64,000 bases of DNA from Felis catus (Eukaryota): positions 13,828,001-13,892,000 of the forward strand of contig NC_058383.1 in assembly GCF_018350175.1 (NCBI RefSeq). The letters run 5' to 3'. Shown one piece after another: positions 1 to 11,200 of this stretch. Made by a program: the position numbers and the translations under genes. The notes beneath the pieces were generated by a model. It was not told the origin of the DNA and made no database searches. It saw nothing but the letters and a program-made list of their open reading frames with translations. Position 1 is the first letter of the stretch. Each line of letters opens with the position of its first letter.

Positions 1-309
1 ACCCCATGTTCTGTCAGGGAGTGCCTGAAGTTCATTATCTTTAGGAGTGAGAACACCATACAGTTGAGAAGCTGTTTCTATATAAGATGCTCCACAGAAG
101 GCCAGAATTTGTAAGAAATAATTTACCAAAAATGGTTGAATCTCAGCCTGGTAACTTGTGTTACAAATTGAATCAAAGCACATTTTAGGCTTTAGAACTT
201 AGCCATTTTACATTGATGTAGAAGAAGCACCATTAGTTTTCAAATCTTGTTTATCTCTAGATGGATTTTGAGATTGAAAGATGATTCCATATTTTAATTT
301 AGCTTGGGC

Positions 310-310
<1 letters not shown>

Positions 311-362
<52 letters not shown>
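311..362. repeat. (TG)26 microsatellite
   Basis: Perfect TG run read directly. Confidence 0.97.
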
Positions 363-366
<4 letters not shown>

Positions 367-780
367 AAGTTTTAGCTGGTAAATCATAAATTTGGCCAAG
401 GTCTTTGCTCACATATTAAAATCTGGTTTGGGTTCTGAAATAATTGATCTACACTGGAAAGACTATTGAGTCCATATTCTTGCTACCTGCTTCTTATTAG
501 GGAACCCACTTTGTGAGATTTGTCCTCCTTAGATCTGGTTCAGAGGCTGAAGGCCTAAGAAGCCATGAGTGGTTAGTATGTTAAAACTTCTGAATGTAAC
601 AGAAACAGTGGCTGCCAGCCTTTGACTTTGTAATCTTCAGGTGAAAATTACAATAAAGGGAAACTAAGTTTCTCAAGGGAAAACCACCACAGTGAATCTT
701 GATTCTTGAAAGTCAAGTCTCTGACCAGGATCCAGTCACCTGGGGTGATTATCCATCATTCTTTCCCTCCTCTCTCCCTT

Positions 781-810
781 CCTTTGCTTTCCTTTGCTTT
801 CCTTTGCTTT
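781..810. repeat. (CCTTTGCTTT)3 decamer tandem repeat in a pyrimidine-rich tract
   Basis: Three exact copies read directly. Confidence 0.9.
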
Positions 811-2754
811 CTTTTTTTCTTTCTTCATACTTCTGATGCTTCTATACCTCTTCCTTTCCAATTTTGACACTGATTCCCTCCCTTTCAGAAAGGAGGGGGA
901 ACAAAACCTGTAAACGAATCAAGACGAACTCATTCAAGTGTCTGGGGGGAGTTGGAGGAAGGGAGCCCACCAAGTGGCGGTGGTGGGCCTCACGGGGCAA
1001 AAGCCACACAGGCTGGCACAGGGGACCGAATAGGGACACAGAGCGCAGAGGCCAGTTCTGTGGGTCCTCCAGAAGCTTGGCTGCTGGTGTTTCCACATTC
1101 CTCCTGGTTACAGATCATCAAAATACGGGGACAGATGCAGATTATCCCAGGCTGCTCTGAGATCTAGTCCCTGATAATCAGAGATGACAATCTAATGCAA
1201 GGCCTGGTAAAGTGTCGGGAATGCTGTCTGATGAAAGCAGTGCAGAGGGCTAAGTGGTTGTTTTCGTTGGTCAGCTAAGTTCCCTGTGCTTTCCTGCATC
1301 TCAGTTTACCCTGTGGGGGACCTGGCAGGAGCTCTGGCAATTTCTTCCCCGTAATATTGATTTTATTAGAGCAACAAGACAAGAAAACCGTCCCGTTCTG
1401 ATTGTTCCAAAAGAAACAACATTTTAATGTCTTTTCTTGAAAATTTAATGTTTGCCTTTGAGCTATCTCTCTTACTGCAGAGACAGCTTCAGAATGAAGG
1501 CCCCTAGCCTGAGGGCCTCAGCTGGGTTTTGTGACATCTTATAAGCAATTGGAAAATCCAACTGCCAACTTCTGCTTTCTGTGAGGCACCTTTCCTTCTG
1601 ACTGCTTTGGGGTAGAGGTAGAGAAAATGGCTATTACCTATCTTTTAAAAAAAAAAAAAAAGTCTTTAGAAATACCACATAGTGCTGCCAGTTTTCGGGA
1701 AGGTGGTGAGGCTAGAGAGAAAAGAGACCCTCTTATTTCCAAAATTCCTCATATGTGAAAGTTAAAGGGGAAAAAAAGTACGCCATACAGCAAGCACCCC
1801 CCCATTTTACCCTTGAGAGGTTTTTCAGGAGTGCCATGAAATCCAACAGTGATGGATGTTGAACTTCAAAGAGGTGAGGAAGGGACATTATTGCTTTAAG
1901 CCAGTCTCCGTGGCATTTGTATGTGATATACGTCTCTCCCAAGCCCTGTTCCCTCCTCTCTTCTCTGCTGCAATCCAGGTAACAGTGGCACCAGCAGGGA
2001 CATAGGACCTGTCAGTGGCCGTCACTCCCCCAAGGGAGCCTGATCTACCCTGGAACCCTCCCAGGGACAATCTCCACCTGGCTTGCCGCTTTCTCCCGCT
2101 TGTGCTGGGAAAAATCACAGCAACTTTTCCTGGGCACTGGGGAGGGACTTTGTCATGCTGCAGGTGTGGAATTAAAGCTCCCGATCTTTGCGGAGGGTCT
2201 CCTGCCCCCGTGTAGGGCCCAGTACCTCTTTGGGGTCTCTGAGGTTGAAATCATGAGTAAGGAAGCCAGAATTCTGCAGAGGGGCCACCAGGGACAGAAG
2301 GGGGCTGGGTAGGCTTCGGCAGGAGTGGGTTATACAGGGGAACCCGCCAAACACCAAGTTTGTGGTCAGTGAGCCCCCACACCCTCCTTCTCAGACCCTA
2401 CACTGAGCACTAGAGAACACAAGGATGGCAAATGATACGGTGATAGTAACTGGCCTCCATTTAGAGAGGCTGTGCGTTGCTTTCGTCCCCTTCCTACGTC
2501 TGGTAGACGCCTGGGGAACCAACCCGCTCCCCTTTTGTGCGTGTGAGGTGTGCAAATATAAGTGGATTTGAAGAGTGAGGGGCGGGGGGTGTTTGTAAAT
2601 GGCCAGTTCATCCTCTGGATTATCCCTAGGACTTGACAAACTGCATTGAGTCTCTGATCATGGTGGGAACGAGGCGAGATGAAGACCTTTTTGTTCTAAT
2701 ACTAGACTCTGACCACCACCCCCCACCCCCGCTTCATTTTCAACAGTGGGCATA

Positions 2755-2860
2755 TTGTTTTGTTTTGAGCACCTACTGTGTGCCGGGCGCTCGACCTACA
2801 TCACTTTCTCAGCAGGCCCTCACAACCGCCCAGAGAGCCCTCTCTTTGCAGACGAGACTG
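2755..2860. mobile_element. MIR-like SINE fragment
   Basis: ttgagcacctactgtgtgccgggcgc...cctcacaac...ttgcagacgagactg resembles the MIR core (recalled consensus). Confidence 0.55.
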
Positions 2861-3669
2861 GCCTGCTCTCAGTTCCACCCCAGGCTGCGGGCCTAGTGGC
2901 CTTTCCCTGCCGCGGCGCGATATTGGAAGCGGCAACTGTGGGGAGGGCGAGGAGCGTTGCAGTTCCCGCCGCGCCCGCCCGCGGGGAAGGCAGCCGTGGG
3001 GACCCAGGGCCCGAGGCGCGGGGGGGAGCGACAGCTGTCGATGTCGCACCCGGGGACTGCGCCCCCGCGGGGCCGACCCGGCGCCGGGGCCGAGAGGAGG
3101 GGCGGCGAGGGGCGGGGCGCGCGGGGCGGGACGGAGGAGGGGCGGCGGCACCGGCGGCTCGGGCTCGGCGCGCCGAGGAAGTCCCGCTCCGAGAGCTGCG
3201 AGCGTCTGGAGGAGGCGCGCTCGGCGCAGTCGGGGAGCGAAGTCCGGAGCGAGGGGCCCCCGTGCCGCCGCCGCCCCCTCCTGCCGCCCGTCCAGCCTGG
3301 GAGTCCGCGGCGCCGGCGGCGGCCGCCGATGGAGTTCACTTGAGCGGGGAGCCGGCGGGAGAGGCAGGCGCCCGCGAGCGGAGCGCGGGCCGGAGCCCAG
3401 CCAAGCCCCGGGCGCTCCCCGCCGCCCGCCCGCCGCCCGCGAGCTCCGGCCAGGAGGCGCCGTCGGCCCCGCGCAGCCCTCCCGGCGCCCCGGCCGCTGC
3501 AGCGTTCCCGCGCCGCGCCCGGAGAGATCGGCCCCGAATAAAGACTCCCGGAGCGTCGCCCTCCAGCGCCTCGGCGGCGGCGGCGGGACCGGGACCACTC
3601 GGGCCGCGGCGCTGCTGGAGAGGCGGGACCGACAGTCGGGGAGCCCGAGGCGGCCGCCGGGGAGAAGAA

Positions 3670-3698
3670 GCCGCCGCCGCCGCCGCCGCCGCCGCCGC
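3670..3698. repeat. (GCC)9 trinucleotide tract, followed by (CCT)5 at 3703-3717 and (GCC)5 at 3765-3779
   Basis: Counted directly. Confidence 0.95.
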
Positions 3699-4197
3699 GC
3701 GCCCTCCTCCTCCTCCTCCCTCTCCCTCCTCCCTCCCTCCGCACATGGTCTCCTTTGTCCTGTCGCCGCCGCCGCCGCCTCGCTCTTAGCTCCGCGCGCC
3801 GCGGCCGCGGCTCGGGCCGCTCCTCTCCGCCTCGCCCGCCCGCCGGCCCGCCCGGGACGCTGCTCGGGTCCCCGCCGTGCCCGGCCCGACCCGTGCGCCG
3901 CAGGAGCGGCCCGGAGGCAGCGGGCGGGCGCGGATCGGGCGCTCCCCCCGCCGCCCGCCGCCCGGCCTCGGCCGCGCTGGATGTGTGCGCGGCGCTGGCG
4001 CTCGGCCGCCGCCAGCTGCTGCTCTCGTACGGATTTGGGTCCCGTGCATCCGCTTTCAGACTTTCGCGAGGAACCGAGGACAGACTTGCGGACGCAGCCC
4101 GGTCGGAGTTGGGCGTTTTCTCTTCGTGTGTTTGGCCGCTTTTTTCCCCCTGGTCTCTGCCGATCCCCCATCGTGAGCCCTGCTAAGGAACCAAACC

Positions 4198-4240
4198 ATG
4201 AACTTGGGGCTGACAGGACCGCTTAACCCTTTGCGACCAG
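4198..4240 (+). CDS. First part of a short ORF (MNLGLTGPLNPLRP, phase 1): a uORF if spliced to exon 2, or possibly an N-terminal coding segment
   Basis: ATG in aaaccATGa context (A at -3). Fourteen codons plus 1 nt reach the donor. Joined to 7858 it reads ...PGIRCQL and stops at TGA 7875-7877. Confidence 0.35.
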
Positions 4241-7200
4241 GTAATGCAGCCCCGGGGGCGCGGCTCCCTCGCTCGCCGCCCGCGCTCGGAAGGGAGGCGG
4301 CCGGGTCGGGGGTCTTTGTTGCGGCGGCCGGGCCCGCGGGCAGAGGTGGCAGGGGCGGGCGCCTCGCGTCTGGCGCGCCCGGGCCCCCCTTCGCCACCCC
4401 TCCTCCCTCTGCCCTCCCTCCCACCCTCCCTCCGCGGCCTGGCCGCCCGCCTTTGTACTTTCCTCCGTGGGCCGGCCGAGCTCGGCCGGGGAGCGGCGGC
4501 GCGGACGTGCCCGGCAGGGCCGGGGGGCCGCAGCCGGCCCGGCGCCTCCGGTCCCGAGGGGCTCCAGCCGACCCGGGGCCGGGGCCCGGGCCGGGGCCTG
4601 CGCCCAGTCGGGCTGGAGACCGAGGCGCGGCGTGGCGCTGCCGCTCCGAGGTCGGGATCCCGGCCCGCACGCGGTGCCAAGGGAAGGCAGAGGAGGTCTG
4701 GGCTCGCGATCGGCGGCAGTCGCTGAAAGAACTCGCGCTTAAGTTTCGAGGAGGCTTCTCTTTCCTTGTTGGGAAGTCCCTCTTCCTGCGGGCGCGGGTG
4801 CGGAGGGCGCCCCGGGGTCTGCGGCCGGAGAGAACGGAGGTGGCCCTCGAACCCGAGCGGCCGCATCCCACCCCCGTCTGCACGGAAGGCTCGCATTCGT
4901 TTTCCCATTCTCGGCGCTTTTTCCTCCAATCTGTTCGACTTATTAACTTTTCCCTAAACACCAACTACGGCCTCTAGTAATTTTTTTTAGTATCAAAAAA
5001 AAAATCTCTCCCTCCCCCCCTTCCCCCCATTAAAAAGCAGCCAAAAGAGAGCTTTGTTTTTCCGTCCTTTTTAGAGGCAGCCACTTTCCGCCCTCACCCT
5101 CCCAAACCGAGCGAGGGGCGTGAAGCGAAATGTGGGCAAAATGTAGAAGTCCTTAGCGTGTAAGGGTGCCCCTGTGTTAAAAAAAAGGAGAGAAGGGAAA
5201 CCTCCACTCGCCTCTCTGGCTCACCGTGTTTCCATTCGACGTTCGTGATGGAAAAATAAAAGTAAAAAACCGGCCAGGAAAATGGCCCAGGTAGTACAGG
5301 GAATTGCAGACTTTTTTTTTTTGTTTTTCTTCTAAAAATCACGAAAAAGAAAACGTCCCCAAGATAAAGGGCCAGATAATTTACACAGATGCTTTAAAGG
5401 CAGAAGTCGAATTTGGAAAGTTGGTGGAGGCAACGTAAAGGATTTTCTTGTAGTTTCCACTTCAGACTTTGGCCAAGAAGCTCCTTTCTGACTTCTCAGG
5501 ACGGTGGGCCGCCGTAGTTTCAACCACCTGGGTGGGAGAAGGAAGGGATCCAGAATCATTTCATGATGAGCCAGTGTCCCATTGCAGTGTTTTTCTTTGG
5601 GGTGTTTTCCTGCGGAGGCTTTTTTTGAGGCGGCCCCTTCCCCAATCAGAAGAGGCATCGTTTCAGGCTTTGTGACATGCATCAGAAAATTAAAGGGCTC
5701 AGCTTTTATTAGCAGGCACACTCCTAATCTTCTCTGAATATCCTGTCGGACTTATTTCCTTAATAACTTACTGGTTGGCATCATAATCACTTTTTTAAGT
5801 TCGCTTCAGATACAAGGAACACTTAACCGCCTCCCTGAGAATAGCGTGTGTTGTGTAGACCAGGGGAGCCGACAAAAGGCCACAGCCCCAAGGAGGTGTT
5901 TCAGACAACCGGAGGGCCTGTTAACCTGCAGCTTCTGTCCTATTTGATCTCTCTCATACACCCACACAAATAGAAACTCAATCGAGAACCATTTCCTTTC
6001 CTCACCCACGTTCTCTGCATTTGGGGTGCATTTGCACTTATTGTCCTATTTCTTTGGGCCAATTAGACAGATTTTAATAGGTAATCCCTGTATCCGCAAA
6101 GGTGATTTCCGTTTTAAGATGATTTCATTAATGGACTGTTTTTCTTTCTTTTAAACATATCAGCGGGAGTTTGTTTTTAGAAGCCATGAATGTAACATAG
6201 TCCTTCCAGTTTAAACTAAGAGATGCTTTTTCATTCAAGAATGATGACATAGGCTTATCTCTGAGTTTTTAGCAGGGAAAACTCAAATTCCTAGACATCT
6301 CACTACAGATAGCAATATCACAGCACTATTACTGCAATTTTTGCCTTTATTAACAATCTCTCTGACTTGTTTAAGGCATATTTTGTTTCTTTCCCCATGC
6401 CACACTTTTTTGGCAGCTTGTTTTTCTGAAAAGCTATTGTATAGTTTTATTTAATTACCTCTAAGGTGTCAGGAAGGCCGTTGGCATATTTTTTATTCAC
6501 ACACAAAAAAATTTTAAAGCTATCTAGGGTTTATTTTAAACTGTATATACATGTGTGTGCAGGCCAATCCCTGTTTCACACATACGTTCATTTTTTCCCC
6601 TTGATCTATTAATTTTCTGAACCACCTCTACAGTAGGGAGGTTAGGAGGAAAATAAAGGGGGAAATACTCATAATAAAAATATTCTTTGTCTTTCTGTAT
6701 CCCTTGCATTGAAAACCAGAATATGTTCCCCAGATATACATAAGAATATCTCTTTTTCATCAACATAACACAGAAAGGCTAAATTGAGTACCCTCTTTGT
6801 CCCCAAAATCAGCCCCCCCCCCAGCCCCAGAGTCACAGAATATGCTGTACTTGGGATATACCCTCCCCCCAATTCTTATAGTTCCTTCTATATTTGTTCA
6901 ACACGCTATGCTTTGCTTTGTCAAAATATGCATCTCTATGTATAAAGTGTGTGATTTACAAGGGTCGCATGGCAAGGGTTACAGCATAGCCATTGTAACT
7001 TTAAATGCAGGTCCATTTTCAGATTATCTTCGTGGGGATGCTCATGTTTACTTCAATTGTTTAATTTTTTCTAGAAGTTCTACAAATATTCCGTGCCTCT
7101 ACAGCATTATGGCATTTTCCTCCAGATCAACTGTGTGTTTGTTTTCCAGAACATTAGTGTATAATTTACCCTGGCTTTACTCTTGCTGTTGAAACAGGTT

Positions 7201-7706
7201 TATCTCACTTTCCTCAAGCCACTGTAGTAATTAGCAGATACGATTCTAGAAAATGGGAAGGATGTGACGCTTAGGGCATGCATCGTGTCAGGTTTGGGGG
7301 CCGGTCAGCTTGCTTCTGTTTCAACACCAAGGTCGTCCTGGTTTGCTAGGAAGAACAAGGATCTCGAGGTCATCAGCTGAATCTTTAAATTAATTTCCGG
7401 AAGTGCTAGCCATCACTTTGTAGTGAGGAAAAGCATAGCGTTAAATAATAGGCATTTCTGGGTTGTGAAAGAAAATTGAAAAATAGGCATGTCTGTACAT
7501 CTCAAAGAAAAAAAAGCACCATTTCCAAAATAACGATCTGTCAACGAAATTGCAAAATCATTATGTGAATGAGCTGAATTGCTTTGTGTATCATCTCATA
7601 GAAATATGTTTTGCACAGATAATATGTCTAATAAGGACACGTTTTTAAAATCAGATTTTTTCCCCCAGCAAAGAGCTGCACTGCAGGTCTGTCTCGTGCA
7701 GTCAAA

Positions 7707-7723
7707 TAGCGCCACCTTATGGA
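7707..7723 (-). promoter_or_regulatory. CTCF-like motif
   Basis: The minus strand reads TCCATAAGGTGGCGCTA, matching the CCASYAGRKGGCRS core except at positions 4-5. Confidence 0.5.
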
Positions 7724-7857
7724 CGATTGGGGGAAATCGCTGCTTTCCCTGTCAGGTTTTGCTAAAAATGGAGTGAACTGGTTGAAAATCAGTGATGATG
7801 GCGATGACAGTATTAACGACCATAATCACATTTTTTTCTCCCTTTCTTGTTTTTCAG

Positions 7858-7909
7858 GCATCAGATGCCAGCTCTGAAAAGCTCTTCAATACTGTTATTG
7901 TAAACAAAG
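7858..7909 (+). other. Internal 52-nt exon (exon 2), probably 5' UTR
   Basis: Long polypyrimidine tract tttttttctccctttcttgtttttcAG| and strong donor AAG|GTAAGA. A branch-point-like tattaac lies at 7811-7817. Confidence 0.8.
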
Positions 7910-8248
7910 GTAAGACACCTTCGTTCTGAGCAATGGCTGATTTTTGCATTTGTTTCATTGTCATTGCCGAGAAAATCAGAATAAAAAACAAACGGTCTTT
8001 CATTTTTCACTCTGGAGCCACGATTCACCCTGCGTGTTTTTGGCCTGAGACAGATTCTGTATGCTTTGGTGTTGTATTCCAGAATGGTTTCTTTTTGAAG
8101 AATACGCTGAATCCTTATTTAAATTGCTTTGACTACGAAATCACTGCTATCTATGTGAGTTTAATTTAATGCAGGAAGCGGTAATGGAGAATAATAGTTC
8201 TCAAAATGCCTTCACTTTATTGTTACTTATCAACTACCCCGCAGTCGG

Positions 8249-8274
8249 AGAACTATAAATAGAACTATAAATAG
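8249..8274. promoter_or_regulatory. 12-bp tandem duplication creating two perfect MEF2 consensus sites (CTATAAATAG at 8253-8262 and 8265-8274)
   Basis: agaactataaat x2 + ag. Each copy matches CTA(A/T)4TAG. Confidence 0.55.
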
Positions 8275-11200
8275 CTGATTCGTCCTGCAGACCCTGATAA
8301 CCAGTGGATGTTTAGTATGCACTGGCTTATGGTCATAAACCAAGCCTCAGTCTGCTGTGGGCTTTCTGTGAAGTTCATAAACGAGCAAGAGGGCAAAATT
8401 TAAATATGTGCTGTCCCATTAATTTCTTCCAAGCTGCAATATCAGACTAAGACAGGCTAATGATATAACAGTGCGTTAAGGGAAAACTTGTCCTCGATCA
8501 CTGCAGCTTTCATTTGTAGCAGTGTTGTTGGAAATCACGAAATCGAAGGGAGTCTCCAATCACTGCCTTCGCAAAGGTGTATCATTGGAAAGGTATAAAT
8601 TACATACACTGAGTGACTTTCTCCCCTTCGCTGTGGAACCTGATTTGGGTGCTTGCATGGTCGGTACGGGGTGCTGTCTGTGGTAGTCTCCTGCTGTTGT
8701 TACCTGGGACCAGTACTTGGTACAAGTTACAGAGTGGGGCCTCCCTGGAGTGGAGGAATTTGAAGCCACTTCCACATCCGCTTAGTCGCCTTGGCCAGCA
8801 TTTTTGCAAGCTGGGTTCAGTAAGACACATTTCCAAGTGCCGGGTTTTTGGTTGTGTTTTTGTTTTTTGTTATTTGTTTTGTTTTGTTTTTTGAGCTCCC
8901 AGATTATTTCAGAATTTGAACCCAACTGCCATTTTAAATAGTACATTATGTTGAGAGTTCCCTTGAGGTGCCGATGCTAGTGTGATGGCTGCTACTCCCA
9001 GAATTATTGTCACATTGAGTTTTTATCTTTTTTATGGCATGATGGAGTATTCCGGTTTTATATGTCATCATATTTTTTGATGGACTGGAAGTTTGTATAA
9101 ATTTGTTATCCATAAGGCTAAAAGCCCAATAAAAGAAGATGCTTGTGGTTCATAGCATGCAGTGCTCATATGTACAAACGCCTAATTGTTTATTGCTCGT
9201 TTTGATGAGGGAAGGGGATGGGTAGACACGGGTGGATCCAAATCTGGGTGAGAGAAGGGGGTGGAGGAGGAGATAAAAGTTAGGACAGGGCCTGGAAAGG
9301 AGGTCTCAGGTGCCCCCCGCTCTCCCCCCCCCCCCCCACAGGACCTCCAGCCCCAAGCTTCCCTTCTGCTTCTGCTCATTGGCTCCAAAAAGCTTTGGAA
9401 TGTGTGTCCCCTCTCTGGGATCGGCCCTAGAGTGGGAGCTGGCTCCGTTCCGGGACCTGCGTTGAGGCCCTTGCTGCCCTCACCGAGCTGAAAGGCTCTC
9501 TTCAGGGAAGTTGAAGAGTGATTGATGAGAATGGCTCCCCGCAGCCCCGACTCCCCCACCCCTGCCCCCCTTCCCTTTTCCAATCAAACGTTTCCCACAT
9601 TCTTATTTTTGTTTACTTACAGAGTGTGATTTGTGGCATCTATTTGGTTGTGAATAGTCATCCCCCTGACAGGGTGCCTTTCTTCTGAGCTGCTTTTCTG
9701 GGGGTGATTTAGTTGCCTTGAAAGGATTAAGGTTTCTTTGTGTGCACTAAAATCAACATAGGCTTTTTCTAAGCTTTGCTTGGGAAACCATACACAAATA
9801 AGCATTTTAGTTGATGGCAGATTATTCCTTTGCCCCTTATTTCCATCAAAATGGCCTTTCTTTTCTCCTCCAGAGTTTCCCTTAATGCCTTATGCTAATT
9901 CCTGTTGGTAACATGAATGACAAGAGAGGAATCAATGCAAATCCAGGTGCGGCAAAGTCGACTGACTGGTACCCAGCACCCGCCCTCCCCCTGGAGAGAA
10001 GGAGATTAGGGGGGCGGGGGAGGGGGGAACGCTTGGGGACAGTTTTGTTAAGGGGATTAGTATTCAAACTGCTAAATATCAGGAAAACAACTTCAAAAAG
10101 AGATTCATTGTAGAGTGATAACGTCAATAATTGCTTCAAGACAGGTGCACGGAGTCTCGATATGTGCTTGTGGTTTTTGCTCTGTTTTTACTCGGGGTAG
10201 TGGCAGTGTTTACTGGACGGATGGTTGACAAGGCCTTCAAGGAACTGTCAGCTTCGTGCGCGTCAAGTTCAAGTTCTCCTGCAAAGCGGCCTGCCTGCCC
10301 GTGCGTCAGGTCTCCCGTCTCTGTCCAGTATTCTTAGCCAAGAGCAATAAAAAGCATTGTAAGGAAGGGCACATTTACACCAGGTAACAAACACTGCTGG
10401 CAAAATCTTCAAGGCTTCAGCTTATCGAACAGTCTAACGAGAGTGCAGGGAATCTGACACGTGTGTGTCTCCGCCTCCAGATGTTTAAAGCTGCATATCA
10501 CCTCCCCCTCCCGGGACTCCCACAGTGTTCTGGCCTTAGAGAAGCCTGGCTTTCAGCTGCTGGTGAGATTATGCTGCTGAGCCTGGTGGCGGGCAGATTT
10601 GGTCCATAAAATTTCACCGTGGGAGGGCAGTGCTAATCTCACAAGCTGATTGTGGCGGGGGGGCGGGGCGCAGCTTTGATGTTGGGCTGAGCAGTCTGGG
10701 GACAGAGCTCCGGCTGAAGCCGCGGGGGCTATGACCCGGGTCCTGTGGGTCTGTGAGCTTCAGTAAGCCATTTCGCCTCGTTAGGTGAGAATTTTCAACC
10801 ACGGCAGAACCTCCTGGTCCTGCGCCAGCATCTCTGGTGGGGAGCAAACAATTAGTTGGGACGGGAGGAGGGGCTGAAACAGAGGAGGTACGCGTCACTT
10901 CTGCCTTTGGATTTTATTTTGCCTTTTCTTGTATTGTACCGTCTGTCCAGTTTAGTAGAGAACTCGTAAGGCTCTTGTGTTTGGGGGATGTGAATCATCG
11001 CTTTCTTCCGATGCCTTTAATTTCCCGTTGTAAAACGAATCAATCAAACAGCGCATGCTTGCACGTACATGCAACACGCCCAGTGAGAGCTGACCATGTC
11101 AGAAGAGGCGGGGAGGTAAGCCTCCCAATTGCAGGGCTTAGGGTTGTAGACATTACAAAAAAAACAAAAAACAAAAAAAAACCAACAAAAAAAAGTTGAA

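Larger units (their letters stand above)
3570..4240 (+). other. Putative exon 1 (5' leader); 5' boundary/TSS uncertain, 3' boundary at donor CAG|GTAATG
   Basis: The donor-like site at 4240/4241 lies inside the CpG island and pairs with a strong acceptor at 7857/7858. The start is a guess, placed ~30 nt after the AT-rich patch AATAAAG at 3537-3543. Confidence 0.6.
2880..5300. promoter_or_regulatory. CpG island / promoter of a + strand gene
   Basis: Very high GC and CpG density, strongest at 2900-4900. GC boxes (GGGGCGGGG) at ~3109-3130 and 2579. It contains the first splice donor at 4240/4241. Confidence 0.95.

Noticed and set aside
966..982. CTCF-like CCACCAAGTGGCGG, with similar partial matches at ~24976 and ~60279
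   Set aside because: Each mismatches at highly informative core positions.
2746..4977. Many long overlapping ORFs (up to 482 aa) on both strands of the CpG island
   Set aside because: Low-complexity R/A/G/P translations in all frames are expected where extreme GC removes stop codons. There is no domain signature, most have non-ATG starts, and 4198..4977 reads through a splice donor.
7858..7909. Open frame ASDASSEKLFNTVIVNK across exon 2 as a coding exon
   Set aside because: When joined to the 4240 donor, this frame has an upstream stop (TGA 4211) and no ATG. I do not recognise the peptide, so no gene symbol is given.
9590..9880. Acceptor-like sites at ~9622 and ~9873
   Set aside because: There is no matching strong donor, and such sites are common in introns.
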